Assembly (NCBI GenBank): GCA_004022145.1
Contig: RCNU01000009.1
Strand: one strand, 5' to 3'
Origin: Paecilomyces variotii
Taxonomy: Eukaryota
Length of the DNA stretch: 64,000 nt
Made by a program: the position numbers and the translations under genes. Shown piece by piece: positions 50,020 to 62,327 of this stretch. The notes beneath the pieces were generated by a model. The model had not been told where the DNA came from. It ran no database searches and was given only the letters and a program-made list of their open reading frames with translations. The number at the start of each line of letters is the position of its first letter. The stretch's first letter is position 1.

Positions 50020-51382
50020 GTAAGTACGAAAAAAAAAATATGAAGAATGTACGCAGAATAAGCAGGATGACGCTGGCAAGATGTGGGATACGTGGATAAA
50101 TACCTCTGCTCAATCAAGAAACACGGGACCAGTAGTTCTCTCATGACCAATATAATACATTCTTATTCTTGGCCTCTTTTAATCCTAGGATGTTATCCAA
50201 AGTTCACGGTTATGTTCACCGGGCATGGAAATATCAAAACTCCCAGATGAATTATGTTAATGTTCTTGCTGCAATGCCGAAAATATCATTAGACTCAAAG
50301 CTCCTTGATTTTCAATACAGGTTATAATTGACTAGCATCTTCCACGACACGTGTCGAAAGCTGTGTCTGTGTTGACTCCAGAACTCCTGATCGAAGAATT
50401 GTGTATCCATCAAAGCCTTTCCTTAAGTAGATAGTATGTTTTGCTTTATGACCGATAGCTTCGAGATATCGACGAGATAAGGATACCGAATGGATACAGT
50501 ATCTTCAATCCGGTCTGAGGCCGCACCAAGATTGATGGCAATGCAAGCTAAATAGATCTAAATATGCTGTAAAATCTTGACAATAATATGATACTGAAAG
50601 AAGGAGAAGAAAAAAAAAAGAACAAGAACAAGAAACAATGAGGTTGATAGTACTTAGTAACCTGGCAGCGCGGAACGTTCCGAGGCTAGGACCATTCGTT
50701 TCGGTTTGCTTTCCGCGGGTATATACTGTAGTTACAACCGAGCAAGCAGCTCTGACCGCAAGCTTTCTGACAGCGCTGAGTGGCACATTTCTATTATTTC
50801 GTAATGGGGAATGTTCTTAGTATCTCGGCGCTTCTCCCCACATAGGCATTCATTCAATCATGCCCACAAACGGTTGCCCCCTCCCCGCGGGGAAGAAACC
50901 GCATGGTGCTAATGCAAACGCAGTAGTAATACTAAGTTACGTATTCGGTCCTGGACGGTTTCCCTCGGCTATCTTCTTGGAGGTCCATTACTCCTCTTCT
51001 TCCCAAGGAGCATGAGACGGGTTCCGCCAATCAAGGACATGTTTTTCATACCGGCCGCTGTCCAAAGCGTTTTAGTGATCGACATAGTATGATCACAGGG
51101 ATCACTGGCCAGACATCAGAGACAGCAATGGATTCTCCATAGTAGTCACAATTATAATGGCGGGGAGTCTGTTTGGATTTCATTTCCGCGGTTTTGCGCT
51201 TGCAGCTGCTGCGGGCATTCCGCGTGCACGACTATGCAGTAATACGTTACTCAGTAGTTAGGTATATATAGGCTGAACATCGCCGGACTTATATCGGGTC
51301 CTAAATCAAGCCAGGTCAGAGGAGGGGTGTCTGTCGAATCTTTTCTCTCTACTACCTACCTTTGGATGGTTTTCAGGTCGAC

Positions 51383-53053
51383 ATGACGATCCAAGCAGTC
51401 GTTGCGGTTATCGCCGTGGTATACTCCCTCATCAGATACTTCAACCGAACTGATATCCCCAAGATCAAAAACCTTCCCGAGATCCCGGGGGTGCCTCTTT
51501 TCGGAAACCTGATTCAATTAGGCGAGGAGCATGCGAAGAAGACAGCAGAATGGGTGAAGCAATACGGCCCTGTCTTCCAGGTTCGGATGGGGAATAAGAG
51601 AATCATTTTTGCGAATACTTTCGACTCCGTCAAGTACTTCTGGGTCACTCATCAGTCTGCATTGATCTCTCGCCCGACCCTGCATACTTTTCACACTGTC
51701 GTTTCGAGCTCTCAGGGCTTCACGATCGGGACGTCACCGTGGGATGAATCTTGCAAGCGGAGACGGAAGGCTGCTGCGACGGCGCTGAATAGACCGGCCG
51801 TGCAGTCCTATATGCCGATTATCGATCTCGAATCGAATGCAAGTATTAAGGAACTCCTCCAGGATAGCAAGGATGGGACGGTTGATATTGATCCGAATCC
51901 ATATTTCCAGCGGTTCGCGCTGAACACTAGCTTGACGCTGAACTATGGCATTCGCATCGACGGAAACATTGAGGATGAGCTGCTGAAGGAAATCTGTCTG
52001 GTTGAGCGCGAAGTAAGCAACTTCCGCAGTACGAGCAACAACTGGCAGGATTACATCCCATTGCTGCGTCTTTGGCCAAGCATGAGCACAAAAGCGAAAG
52101 AGTTCCGTGAGCGAAGAGATGCGTATCTCTCGTTGCTTTTGGATATGTTGAGAGATCGCATTTCCAAGGGTACTGATAAACCATGCATCACGGGAAATAT
52201 CCTCAAAGACCCAGAAGCCAAGCTAAATGAAGGTGGGAATCTAGACGCCAGCGGCTATCCCGAATAATAAAAAAACAACATGCTAACGATATCCCAGCGG
52301 AGGTGAAATCAATCTGTCTAACCATGGTATCCGCCGGACTCGACACTGTCCCCGGCAACCTCATCATGGGCATCGCCTACCTCTCCAGCGCACACGGCCA
52401 AGAGATCCAGCAACGAGCCTATAACGAGATCATAAAAGTCTACCCTGACGGAGACGCATGGGAGAGATGTCTTCTCGAAGAGAAAGTGCCATACATCACA
52501 GCTCTAGTCAAAGAGGTTCTGCGCTTCTGGACGGTTATTCCAATCTGCCTTCCACGTGTCAGTATCAAAGATATTCTTTGGAAGAATGCTGTTATTCCTG
52601 CAGGATCTACCTTTTTCATGGTCAGCACCTATATCTATATCTCGTTACCTTCTAAGAATACTAACAATCCCACTACAGAATGCCTACGCAGCCGATAACG
52701 ACGAAACACACTTCAAATCTCCCTTCTCATTTAACCCAGACCGCTACCTCGACGTCCCTGACGGCTCTGGAACGCCTCATTACGCCTACGGTGCCGGAAG
52801 CCGTATGTGCGCTGGCTCGCACCTCGCTAATCGAGAACTGTACACTGCGTTCCTGCGACTTATCAGCGCATTTGAGATCGTGCCCGCAAAGAACCGCGCG
52901 GATGATCCGATCCTTGATCCGTTGGAGTGTAATATGACAAAGACTTCTTTGACGTTGGACCCGAAGCCATTCAAGGTCGGGTTCAGGGTGCGCGATCGCG
53001 CGAAGTTGGAGGAGTGGATTAGAAGCAGTGACGAAAGGACGAAGGAGTTGTGA
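51383..53053 (+). CDS. phacA: Cytochrome P450 phenylacetate 2-hydroxylase (CYP504A-like)
   Basis: Closely resembles Aspergillus PhacA: 'QSALISRPTLHTFH.VVSSSQGFTIGTSPWDESCKRRRKAAATALNRP', 'SAGLDTVP', EVLR, heme motif YGAGSRMCAG; two introns. Confidence 0.9.
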
Positions 53054-53473
53054 GTTGATTTGAGGGGATGAGGTAAAGCGATCAGCTGGATGAGATCTGT
53101 CCTTGGTATATTAGATACCGTGTTGTACGAAATTAGCCTCTGGCATTTTGCACGTTCTGACCATTAGCATGTTTGATTTATGTTCCATTCTGCATTTCAA
53201 TGAAATCTCAAATATCGAAGCATAGTCCTGAATCTCCACAATAGGCTTAGGAGCAGAAATGGAGATATCCAGGAAATTAATATCCAGGCGGTATTTGGTG
53301 CTATTTATTAACTCCATATTCCTACAAATAGTATGCAATAGAAGAGGACAGGAAGTCTAACTAGTCGGTGATTGTTAAGTATTCAGTCTGGCCGTGGCTG
53401 AGAAAATTCCGATTATTCTATATATTCCAAGAGGATAATTCCTATTCCTTGATTGACATGAGCATAAACAATT

Positions 53474-54832
53474 TCAAACATCCTCCGTGCCAGCTAGCCC
53501 CTTCTCGCTCGGACGTGTCGTGTGAATGGTCGCAAAAGGGTCGTTAGGAGGAAGAAGATTCTCTCCATAAAAGTCTGTCAGAGACGGTCCTGAATCGATC
53601 TCTGTCAAGGGGAAGCGCGAGCTCATTCTGCGAGCTCTTGGAAGCACCGGGACCTTTTCAGTCACGTCAGTCACTGTACTTTGCGTGTTTTTTGTTGACA
53701 GAGCCTCGAGGTCGAATACGTCCTGTACTCGTTTCCGAGTACCTCTGGAGAAAATCCCTAGTCGGTCCCATTTCTGCTGCAAAGTCGAGTTCTTTGTCGA
53801 ACTGCTTATATCGCTATCAGTTGCGTCTGGTTTCTTTTCCATATTGTGTCTTTTCTTGAGAAATGGCACTCTCGATAACCACTGATTTCCACTAATTCCA
53901 CCAATCCGCTTGGAAGGTCGAGACACACTGCGTTGTCTGGTTGGACTCTTGTTTATCCTCCGTTCTGTGTCCGGTCGACCATCTTTGGATTTTCTTCGAA
54001 CGTCACGTATGCATACCAAAGCCACGGCAGCCGTCATTGCTGCTATCATAACCGCACAGAGGACATAAAAAGCTCGAGCCTCCTGGTACCGTCTTCTCCT
54101 GCAATGTGCGCGGATGAGGGCGTAGTCCTTGTATGGATAACACATACTGCAAACCGCCTTGGCTCCTTTCTTGAGTCGCAAGCGATTCGAGGCACAAGTC
54201 CCGTAGAGGTCTGGTGCTGAGCAGATTGTATCTTCACATAATCGAGTCGCTTTCTGGAATTTCGTTCGGGCTGTATCTTTCCGCGAATCAAAGGGTGTCT
54301 CAGGAGGGAACGCCTCTCTGTCAGCCGCTAATGACATTCTCCTTCGTGAAGACTGAAAATTGCCGTTGGCTTCTTGCTCTGCGTATTTTTCAAGGGTACT
54401 CTTGCAGAAGAGTAGATCACCCTTGACATGGGTATGTAGAAAAGTCCCGTTTGCACTCTTCAAGACACCATCCAAGATATCTCTGCATATCCGCAAGTCA
54501 TGTATCAAATACTGATATCCATCTATCGAGGTACGTCCGTCTTCCTCTGGTCGCTCGATATTGGCATCGCTCGCAGCCACTGAACTGACTTCTTCGATAT
54601 CCTCTGGCAGGACATACCAACCGAAAGCTGTACGCTGCCGATCTGTCACGCTGGATACACTGTATGTCACAGATACTGGCTCATCCTTCCCGTTGCTGTC
54701 AATGGGGTCCGTAAGATACTGCCGGGCTGAATTCGTACTGACATGGAATCGCTCTAGAGCAGCAACTCCACCTTTCCACACTCCGTAGAGGAGCACAAAA
54801 AAGAGTAAGAATTTCAGCAATCCACCACACAT
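53474..54832 (-). CDS. Hypothetical single-pass membrane protein with signal peptide and Cys-rich ectodomain
   Basis: ATG 54832 MCGGLLKFLLFFVLLYGVWKGGVAA (signal-like), Cys cluster, TM 'FYVLCAVMIAAMTAAVALVCI', basic cytoplasmic tail; long intronless ORF. Confidence 0.7.
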   Translation of the reverse strand: MCGGLLKFLLFFVLLYGVWKGGVAALERFHVSTNSARQYLTDPIDSNGKDEPVSVTYSVSSVTDRQRTAFGWYVLPEDIEEVSSVAASDANIERPEEDGRTSIDGYQYLIHDLRICRDILDGVLKSANGTFLHTHVKGDLLFCKSTLEKYAEQEANGNFQSSRRRMSLAADREAFPPETPFDSRKDTARTKFQKATRLCEDTICSAPDLYGTCASNRLRLKKGAKAVCSMCYPYKDYALIRAHCRRRRYQEARAFYVLCAVMIAAMTAAVALVCIRDVRRKSKDGRPDTERRINKSPTRQRSVSRPSKRIGGISGNQWLSRVPFLKKRHNMEKKPDATDSDISSSTKNSTLQQKWDRLGIFSRGTRKRVQDVFDLEALSTKNTQSTVTDVTEKVPVLPRARRMSSRFPLTEIDSGPSLTDFYGENLLPPNDPFATIHTTRPSEKGLAGTEDV

Positions 54833-56726
54833 AGGGAGCTGTTGAATGGTATGTATACAGCAGAAGATCTGAAGCGTATGGTTGAGCTCTTGACAGGAAC
54901 AGGTTTGGAGCGTTCTCAGGAAGATATGAAAGCGGGTATGCGATTCTAAAAACTGTGAATGTGAAAAAGGAGGTAAATCTCTGTATGATACGCTCTTGAG
55001 CATGAAGTAAAGGATTGTAGGATATCAAAAACGTATAGCGACATAGGAACTGTACCCTGTACTATCGAGGCAGGAGCGTTCGCCCTTCCTTTGCCTCAGA
55101 ACTGACAGCGATAGAGTCGCAGCTTCCGTTAGACATATACACCGATGCAGGCATTCAAGATCAATTCCCAACAGTAGTAGTAGTAGTAGTCATTAACGTC
55201 CGGCGAAACACAGGCGAAGCCTGTGGCCCTGGTGACCTCCCATAAGGTATTGGGACGTGCTAAGCTATGGAATTGTTATTATACAAAGTATGACCATCGA
55301 AAGCAATTCAAGCAAATAGCAAAGGCATTGGCCAGTTATCTAATGCCTCTCCCGACATAGAGGGGCCAGTGTATCTAATGATGGGATTCGTAGGCTTCCC
55401 CGCCGAAGTAACCATGAGCGAAATTCTGTCGGGCACCAACACTTTATCAACTTCAAAATATATGTAACTGATATCAGAGCCCTCGGTTTTCGCTATCTCT
55501 GACAGTTCAAGAATGAATGAAGATTGCTGTTATTGTCCTCACCTTCGGCAGGTATATTTCTAAAGATACCTAATTACATGCCGTCTATCCTGGCCAGTCC
55601 TATCTTATAGACTAATTGGAAGAACATGACAACGCTTATACTATTATTGATGCGCTTCATAAGCTTTTTTATCATGGTCAGGCAGCGAAAGTATGGTCAT
55701 AGCAATATCTGGTCAGGCCTACGCTATCGCCAGTGAATTGGGCTGATTTGCTGTTACAGTATAAGTCCCATGTTAATAATATCCTAATGGAGGTGCTATT
55801 ACACTTCTAATTGGCGACTAAAAGTAGTAATAGGATAGGACGGGACGGGACGGAAGTGTCCCTCATTTGGCTGGATAGCTTTAGTCGATGGTATATTGAT
55901 GCCTGCGGATTTTATATAATGATATTGATTTTGATAATAGTTAGTAGTTATATAATGTCACTGACTAAGGCCAGAAACCATTAACTAATGTTGGCGGAGG
56001 GAAGTCTCGGGTCAAAAAGTTCAGAAGCAAGAATATAATATGTTTTTGAATGTTTAATCAGGTGTCCTAAGGGGGACTCATAAAGAATAGAAATCTCCAG
56101 TAGAACAAAAGGGTAAAAGTCCACTTGATTTTAATTTCAGTGTGAATACAAACTATGAAAGTGTGGCCTATCGATCCTTTAGTCCCTCGAAATTTGAGGT
56201 TAGAGTTCTACCCGCCTTTGGGCTACAGGCTAAGTACCTAGCAAGGCGCAAAGCAAGATTGAAGCGTCGCATTGTTCACTGTTGGAAGCGCAAAGGTACC
56301 TTTATGACGATCGACGCAGAGAAAGGTTAACGCTATCTACATCCTAGTTCAACAGCGTGATTTACTCATGAACTGGCGCTAATTCTTGGTCTTTCATTTG
56401 TCTGCTATATGCGCTATTAGTGTGACAATATCTTTCAGCAGGTGTGCAGCAAGACTATAAGACTAGCATGCTGCTTAGAACCCTGCAACATCAGCCCTTG
56501 TTGACATGGGTCTTGCGCTACTGTGTGCTCTGTTTTTATCTCAGTGCATTTAATCCAGAAGCCCTGTAAGACGCCATTGGAGATAATATTATAAGGTACT
56601 CTTTATGGTATATTAAGCCTTTCATGACCATTGACTCAGCCACCATTTGGGATGTATATGTAAAGGCTATCTTGTCTGCGGAACTGAATAATTCCTTGCC
56701 ACTCAGATATTTCGTCCCTCAACACC

Positions 56727-57281
56727 ATGCCGCCAATTGATCCAATAACAGTTCAACATGACGTCCGACCAGTTGATCAAGTCAGAGTTGTTGTCCATAC
56801 TATGGGCGTTTCTGGGCCCACAACAAGCGACAACCATTGGTCTATCTATTTGGTCCTTCCAAACAACACTGGCTCTATCCGCATCAATATGAGGGCGGAA
56901 TATGAAGATCCCACTGGATTGCTTGAGTGGACATCTCACATATACGCTGTCACCACTTCTGCTATCAAGTACTGGGATTTCCCGGCCGCTTCTGGAGTCC
57001 AAGTGGCACATATTGCAAGGCTTATTTACGGCCTTGGTCGCCACAAATATGAGATGTCTGGCGGAGGGTCCGGCTGTCGCTACTGGGTGTGAGTATATCC
57101 AGTCAAGTCAATGTCACCTGCTTACTGTCTATTTAGATATAGTATTATGTACGACCTTGGCCAAAATAATTACGTTTCTGGGCAAGCCTCTCAGCAGTTG
57201 TGGCCACATCTTCAGTTTCAGTATCATACTTCTGGGAGTTTCAAGCCATTAAACTGGGTCCAAGGTACATTCCTTGCGTAA
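56727..57281 (+). CDS. Small fungal hypothetical protein (NHW...GCRYW; DUF7770-like)
   Basis: Exon 1 to 'GSGCRYWV', GTGAGT...TAG intron, exon 2 'YSIMYDLGQNNY...WVQGTFLA*'. Family name is from memory. Confidence 0.7.
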
Positions 57282-57679
57282 CATAGATAACAGGTTAAAG
57301 AACCGCGCCGGGGACTTTTGAGTCTTTGACAGGTACAGTTTGGGCTGAGAAGCTGGTAGATGAGGGAGAACACGGTTTGTGCGGGGGTAGTCTTTTGTAC
57401 GTATTGAGATTGTTCTGCGCCTTGAGGAATGAAATCTGTTACTCGAAGGACAGGAAGCGAAAGGTGTTGGACGCCCCCCTCAGGGGCTCCTGCTCGCCGC
57501 CCTGTGCAATATAGGATTTGGCCGGCTCCTAGCCTTGGACTCGACTCCGACCAAGGGATAAAATTCTGCCTCTCTAGCTCTATTGGTAAAAGTGTGCATA
57601 TTATTAAAGCGGAATGTTAAGGTATTGAGATGTTGGAAACATGAATCTCCAACATCAAAGGGTGGATGTCCCTCCATAA

Positions 57680-58584
57680 TTAACAAGTTTGAGGTAGGGG
57701 GGGGCCAGGGACTGGGATCCTTTTCTTCTCCTCTCTCCTGGTTCGATCTCGGCCACGTAAAGTTTCTCTGGAACTATTTGAACGTTAGGTGAATCAACAA
57801 CAGTGTGTGGTGGTGCTCACAAGGCGTATTTTTGGATGTTATACCACACGCGACAGATGGACCACTTCTGCGCCATCTCGTGGTCTTGAAGAGGCTTCAT
57901 AGAATCAAGAAGCAGCCTGTTGAACGAACCATCCTTGCCTTCGATGTTCCACTGCGCCCAGAACTCGAACAATCTCGGATAGAAACCCGCAGAGGCCCAG
58001 TCAACCAGGCAGATACCGCCATCTGACTGCCAAATGACGTTTCTCGGGGCAATGTCAAGGTGGCAGAGGACCAGATTGCAGTTTCGGAAAGAGACTTTGC
58101 CTTCGCCTGGGAAAAGTCTACTATTGAACCATGCTTCCATCTTTTCCATGCTCCAGAAAGTCAAGTCTTGGGTTTCTGGCCAGAGCAGTCCACGGCAAGG
58201 ACCGCCGCTAAGACTCCCAGGGGTGTCTCCCTCTATCATGCTGAAATAGTCAAGCACACGCGCGAGTCTCTTAATGCGATCAGGTTCCAGCGGGTCTATC
58301 ACTCTACCTTCCATGTAATCCATCATGATATAGCCACGCCCCATATTGTCGGTGAAGAACCGATGGACGCGTGGCACTCGTACAATATCATGATCGAGAA
58401 GGTCGTAAGCTCTTTGCTGATTGATTGCTTCGTCCTTAGAAAGTCCCGGTCCAAATTTGATCACGGTCTGCTCAGAAATTCTGACGACGAGGTTACCTTC
58501 GGGTATTCCACCGATGATTCGGTCACGTGGCCCAGACAAACAGTATCTAATCAACTCAGCATCTGAAGATTCGTGAGAAATCAT
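57680..58584 (-). CDS. Aminoglycoside-phosphotransferase/kinase-like protein
   Basis: VIKFG, 'VRVPRVHRFF', YIMMDYMEG, Brenner motif HLDIAPRNVI, VDWASAGFYP. Intron 57820-57774 gives a short last exon ending TAA 57680-57682. Confidence 0.85.
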
Positions 58585-59754
58585 GGTGACATGCTCATAG
58601 ATGGGTATACTTCCAGAGAAACGACGTTTTATCAGAAAACCCCACTTTTAGGTATTATGAGGACAAGCGGATAGTTGGATAACCACAGGAGAAACCGATG
58701 GTCCGGAAGGCTGTTATATAATTAGTTGACGACTGTTGGACGCCTTCCTCAGGGGCTACTGTTCACTAGTGTCACGTGATCGATGTCAGCTACCTACCTA
58801 GATACCTCTGCCCCGACAGATCAATATCACGGAGGGGAGGGGAATTCCTCCTCTACACGCGTCAAAGGATAGTATGTATGTACATCGGCTAGCTATACCT
58901 TTTCGAAGTCATGTCTTACAGGAAGGCGATGTTGCACATCAAACAAATACGTCTGACGTCCCGCGCTGAATCGAGGAGGAACGAACAATTTGCAGACCGT
59001 AGAAGATTCCCAGTACATCATTACTCTTGTTTTGTCTGTGACTTTTCTCGCTGGATAAGTACTGCGGCGTCACCAGATCAGCACCAATGCGGTCTTGCAT
59101 AGAGAATGACGTGAGTCCAATCGATCTTGGAAAATCTATCTTGGAAGATGAAAAGATTTGCTCAGTATCGCCATGACGGCAAGGCTATTTTAACAATATT
59201 CATTATTCACAGCGATCTAATTAATTATAAACTCGTAATTACGTTACAGCCTGCCACTGGTGCGATCCCTCTCAATCCATTTCGCCCTTAGTAAGAACTC
59301 CAACTCAAAAGCATCGTGCGGATCGTCTTCATCCTGCCAGCACTTGGAAGGAGAAGCAGTGCAGGGACTGTAATCGACATCTAATAAGTACAGTGAATGG
59401 AAAGAAAATGGAAAAAAGAAAACCGGCTGCGCTCTGGAAGCGACCACGGCGACGAATCAAAACGGTGTGGAACACCTTGTTGCTGTATGACAACCCATGC
59501 TGAAGTGCGATCATCGTTCTGTTCATTCTTTGGGGATTCATAACATTGGCAATGCGAGGAGTGCCGGTACGAGTCGTTCAAGTAAGGGGAAAGAGCATGG
59601 CCCGGCCAGGAGGAATGATCTCCAGATGTAGTAGTAGTAGTCGTATCGTATCGATCAACCTTTTGGCGCGGCATGACCAGCAACCACCGAGCCGATTGAA
59701 TGACCAAGTTCCGACTTTTCATCAGGACATCAGGAGCGAATATCAATTACAATC

Positions 59755-61788
59755 CTATTGTAGAGAGACCTTCGCGTCCTGAACTCCTCTTCTGATGACG
59801 TCCTCGACCTTCCATCTCGGAGGGGCAATCGTCTTTGCTGGTCGGTGCTTGCGGTTCCACACCTTCTCCATCTCCGGTGCAGGCGTCAGTTCTTCAGTAG
59901 GCAGAGAACCGCCCGCGATACCGGTCGAGAACTTCAGCTGCAACACGTTTCCAATCTCATCGCACGCAGTGAGCAGGCGATCGAGGTCCTCCTTGGTATG
60001 GGCTGCAGACACACAGAAGCGGGCTCTCGAGGATACCAAGGGTGTGGCTGGGTAACCGACGACCACCACGGAGATCTTTCGCTTCAACATCTCGTGGGAG
60101 AAGGCAGGCATCTTGGCGGGATTGAAGAGAAGCACAGGAATAATAGGAGAGTCATCGTGACCATAGACGATGAAGCCCAGACGCTTGAGACCAAGACGCA
60201 GGTAGCGAGAGTTGAAAGCCAAGCGTTGCAATCGTTCCTCACCCTGGCCGGGAACAAGCTCACCACTGATGATCCGAAGGGAAGTGGAGATCTGAGTCAG
60301 GATAGGAGGGGTAGGCGATTCACCGTACAGGACACCAGCGTTGGTCGCCCGCAGCTTGTCGATCATAGCCTTGTCTCCAGCGACATAGCCACCGTTGGCT
60401 CCGAAGGACTTGGTGAGCGTTCCCATGAGAATATCGACTTCCTTAGTGTCAATGCCAAAATAATCGCACACTCCACGGCCCCTGGGTCCAATGGCACCAA
60501 TGGAATGAGCTTCATCGATAAAGAGGTTGAACTTGTACTTCTTCTTCAGAGCAATGATGCCTGGCAGGTTACACATAGATCCTTCCATAGAGTATAGTCC
60601 CTCCACGACGACCAAGATCTTCTTCCATGGACGGTGAGTCCGAGGCTGGCCCTGAGAGATGGCCTCGCGGAGCTTCTCCTCCAACTGCTTCATGTCGTTG
60701 TGCTTGAACATGCCAATCGATGCGCCCGAGAGACGAGCACCGAAACGGATCGATGCATGATTCAATTCGTCCGAAATGATCAGGCAGCCCTTTGAGACCA
60801 AAGCCGGGAAGACGGTAGCATTGGTTCCGAAACCCATAGAGAACACCATCGCGGACTCCTTGCCCACAAACTTGGCAATGAGGTCCTCGACCTCCAAGTG
60901 AAGATCCTGGGTTCCGGCCTCCGCGCGGGTGCTGACGGCGCTGATACCGTACTTTCTAATCGTCTCCTCAGCGGCGTCCGCGCACGGGCCTTCCGACTGA
61001 GCAAAACCCAGGTAGTTGTAGGAGCTCATGTTGAGAGTATCCGTCGTGGTACCAGTAAAATAGAAATGCTTGTTGTGATCCTTGGTGGCGCGGTCAATCA
61101 GGGTGATGTACCTTCCGGGAACTCCGGTGACGGGGCGCTCGAAACAGTCATTGATACGGAGCTTCAAACGACGGATGTAAAAGCTGTCAAAGTCGCTATT
61201 CAAGGCGCCATAGCCGTTGCGAGGCTTCAAATGCCGATAGTTTTCTTCCCGGAAACGCTTTCCAAAAAAGTCACGCACATGTCCAAAGGCGATTAGGATT
61301 AGGTAACTGATATAGGTGGTTAGGAGATAATAATACGGCGGCTCATCCATCACCGGGTCCGGAAAGGCCCCGCCATGGTGTCGACTGGTGTAGCGGTGGC
61401 TGGGGTGGCCCAGAGGTCCGAATTGAGCATGCTGCTTCGCAAGCCGGCGCGTCTCCTCCGCGGACGGAGGCTGAAAGAGTGTCGTTGGCGGCTCGTCCAT
61501 ATTGGTGCTATCGGCCGTCGCCGTGGACAGGGAGATGGTCGGTAGAGACAGTGACGCCGAACTGATCGGCGGGGTCGCAGTGGTCGACTGCTGGAGGCCA
61601 CTGGCAGCGAGCAGGGAGGCCTGGGCCGTCTGGGGTTCCGACTTGGCCTTGGGAGACGTCGAGAAGAGCTGGCTCAGGCGGCTCGACTTGGCTGGAGCTT
61701 TGGTGGAGGTTCCGCCCTTTTCAGAGGAGTTTGCGGATGAGAAAGAAGAAGAGGTGTTGGCGAAAGGATTCGTAGGTCGACGAGGCAT
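59755..61788 (-). CDS. LCB2: Serine palmitoyltransferase subunit 2
   Basis: 'NMSSYNYLGFAQ', SDELNHAS, EGLYSMEG, DEAHSIGA, PLP-lysine GTLTKSFG, 'VVVVGYPATP'. Confidence 0.96.
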   Translation of the reverse strand: MPRRPTNPFANTSSSFSSANSSEKGGTSTKAPAKSSRLSQLFSTSPKAKSEPQTAQASLLAASGLQQSTTATPPISSASLSLPTISLSTATADSTNMDEPPTTLFQPPSAEETRRLAKQHAQFGPLGHPSHRYTSRHHGGAFPDPVMDEPPYYYLLTTYISYLILIAFGHVRDFFGKRFREENYRHLKPRNGYGALNSDFDSFYIRRLKLRINDCFERPVTGVPGRYITLIDRATKDHNKHFYFTGTTTDTLNMSSYNYLGFAQSEGPCADAAEETIRKYGISAVSTRAEAGTQDLHLEVEDLIAKFVGKESAMVFSMGFGTNATVFPALVSKGCLIISDELNHASIRFGARLSGASIGMFKHNDMKQLEEKLREAISQGQPRTHRPWKKILVVVEGLYSMEGSMCNLPGIIALKKKYKFNLFIDEAHSIGAIGPRGRGVCDYFGIDTKEVDILMGTLTKSFGANGGYVAGDKAMIDKLRATNAGVLYGESPTPPILTQISTSLRIISGELVPGQGEERLQRLAFNSRYLRLGLKRLGFIVYGHDDSPIIPVLLFNPAKMPAFSHEMLKRKISVVVVGYPATPLVSSRARFCVSAAHTKEDLDRLLTACDEIGNVLQLKFSTGIAGGSLPTEELTPAPEMEKVWNRKHRPAKTIAPPRWKVEDVIRRGVQDAKVSLQ

Positions 61789-62297
61789 CGCAAGACGGAC
61801 AGGACCAGTTTAAGAGCAGTTTTGTCGAAGGATGGAAGCAATCGGGACGGATGGATAGTCGATCAACCCCGGCGGCAGGCGCGTCCCAATTGAGTGCCGC
61901 GTGACGAGGCGATCGGGACTTGAGTTCTGGCGTCTGGCGATGTCAGTTGGTCTCCAGAACCAGAACCAGCAAGCAATGGAAGATGCAGCCACGAAGAGAA
62001 CGGAGCTGAAGAGGCGTGTGCGGGCGGGGGGGATGGGGATGATGCTGGAGGAAGAATCGAAGCAGAGCAGCGAACATACCCGAGAGTTGAACGGACGATC
62101 CGAGGGAGCCGGTCGTAGCGCTCAATGGCCTGACAAAGGATCAGGAGGACACGCTGCTCGTCTTCCAGGTCGATAGAGCTGGCTGTCGACCGGATCGGAC
62201 GCAGAACCTGAGCAGGACAGACGACAATGACAGAGGAAGAAGATGGGAGAGCAGTGGAAAGGGGGAAAAGAAGAGGCGAGAGTTCGATCTCAGTAAT

Positions 62298-62327
62298 GAT
62301 TATTATTATTATTATTATTATTATTAC
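62298..62327. repeat. (ATT)n microsatellite
   Basis: About nine tandem ATT units. Confidence 0.85.

Noticed and set aside
38000..59300. Accessory block as a Starship or other giant transposon
   Set aside because: No DUF3435 tyrosine-recombinase captain, transposase or recognisable boundary repeats were seen.
59845..60597. 250-aa antisense ORF over LCB2, and similar shadow ORFs over BRF1, crpA and HIR3
   Set aside because: Explained by codon bias of the real gene on the other strand or frame; no domain features.
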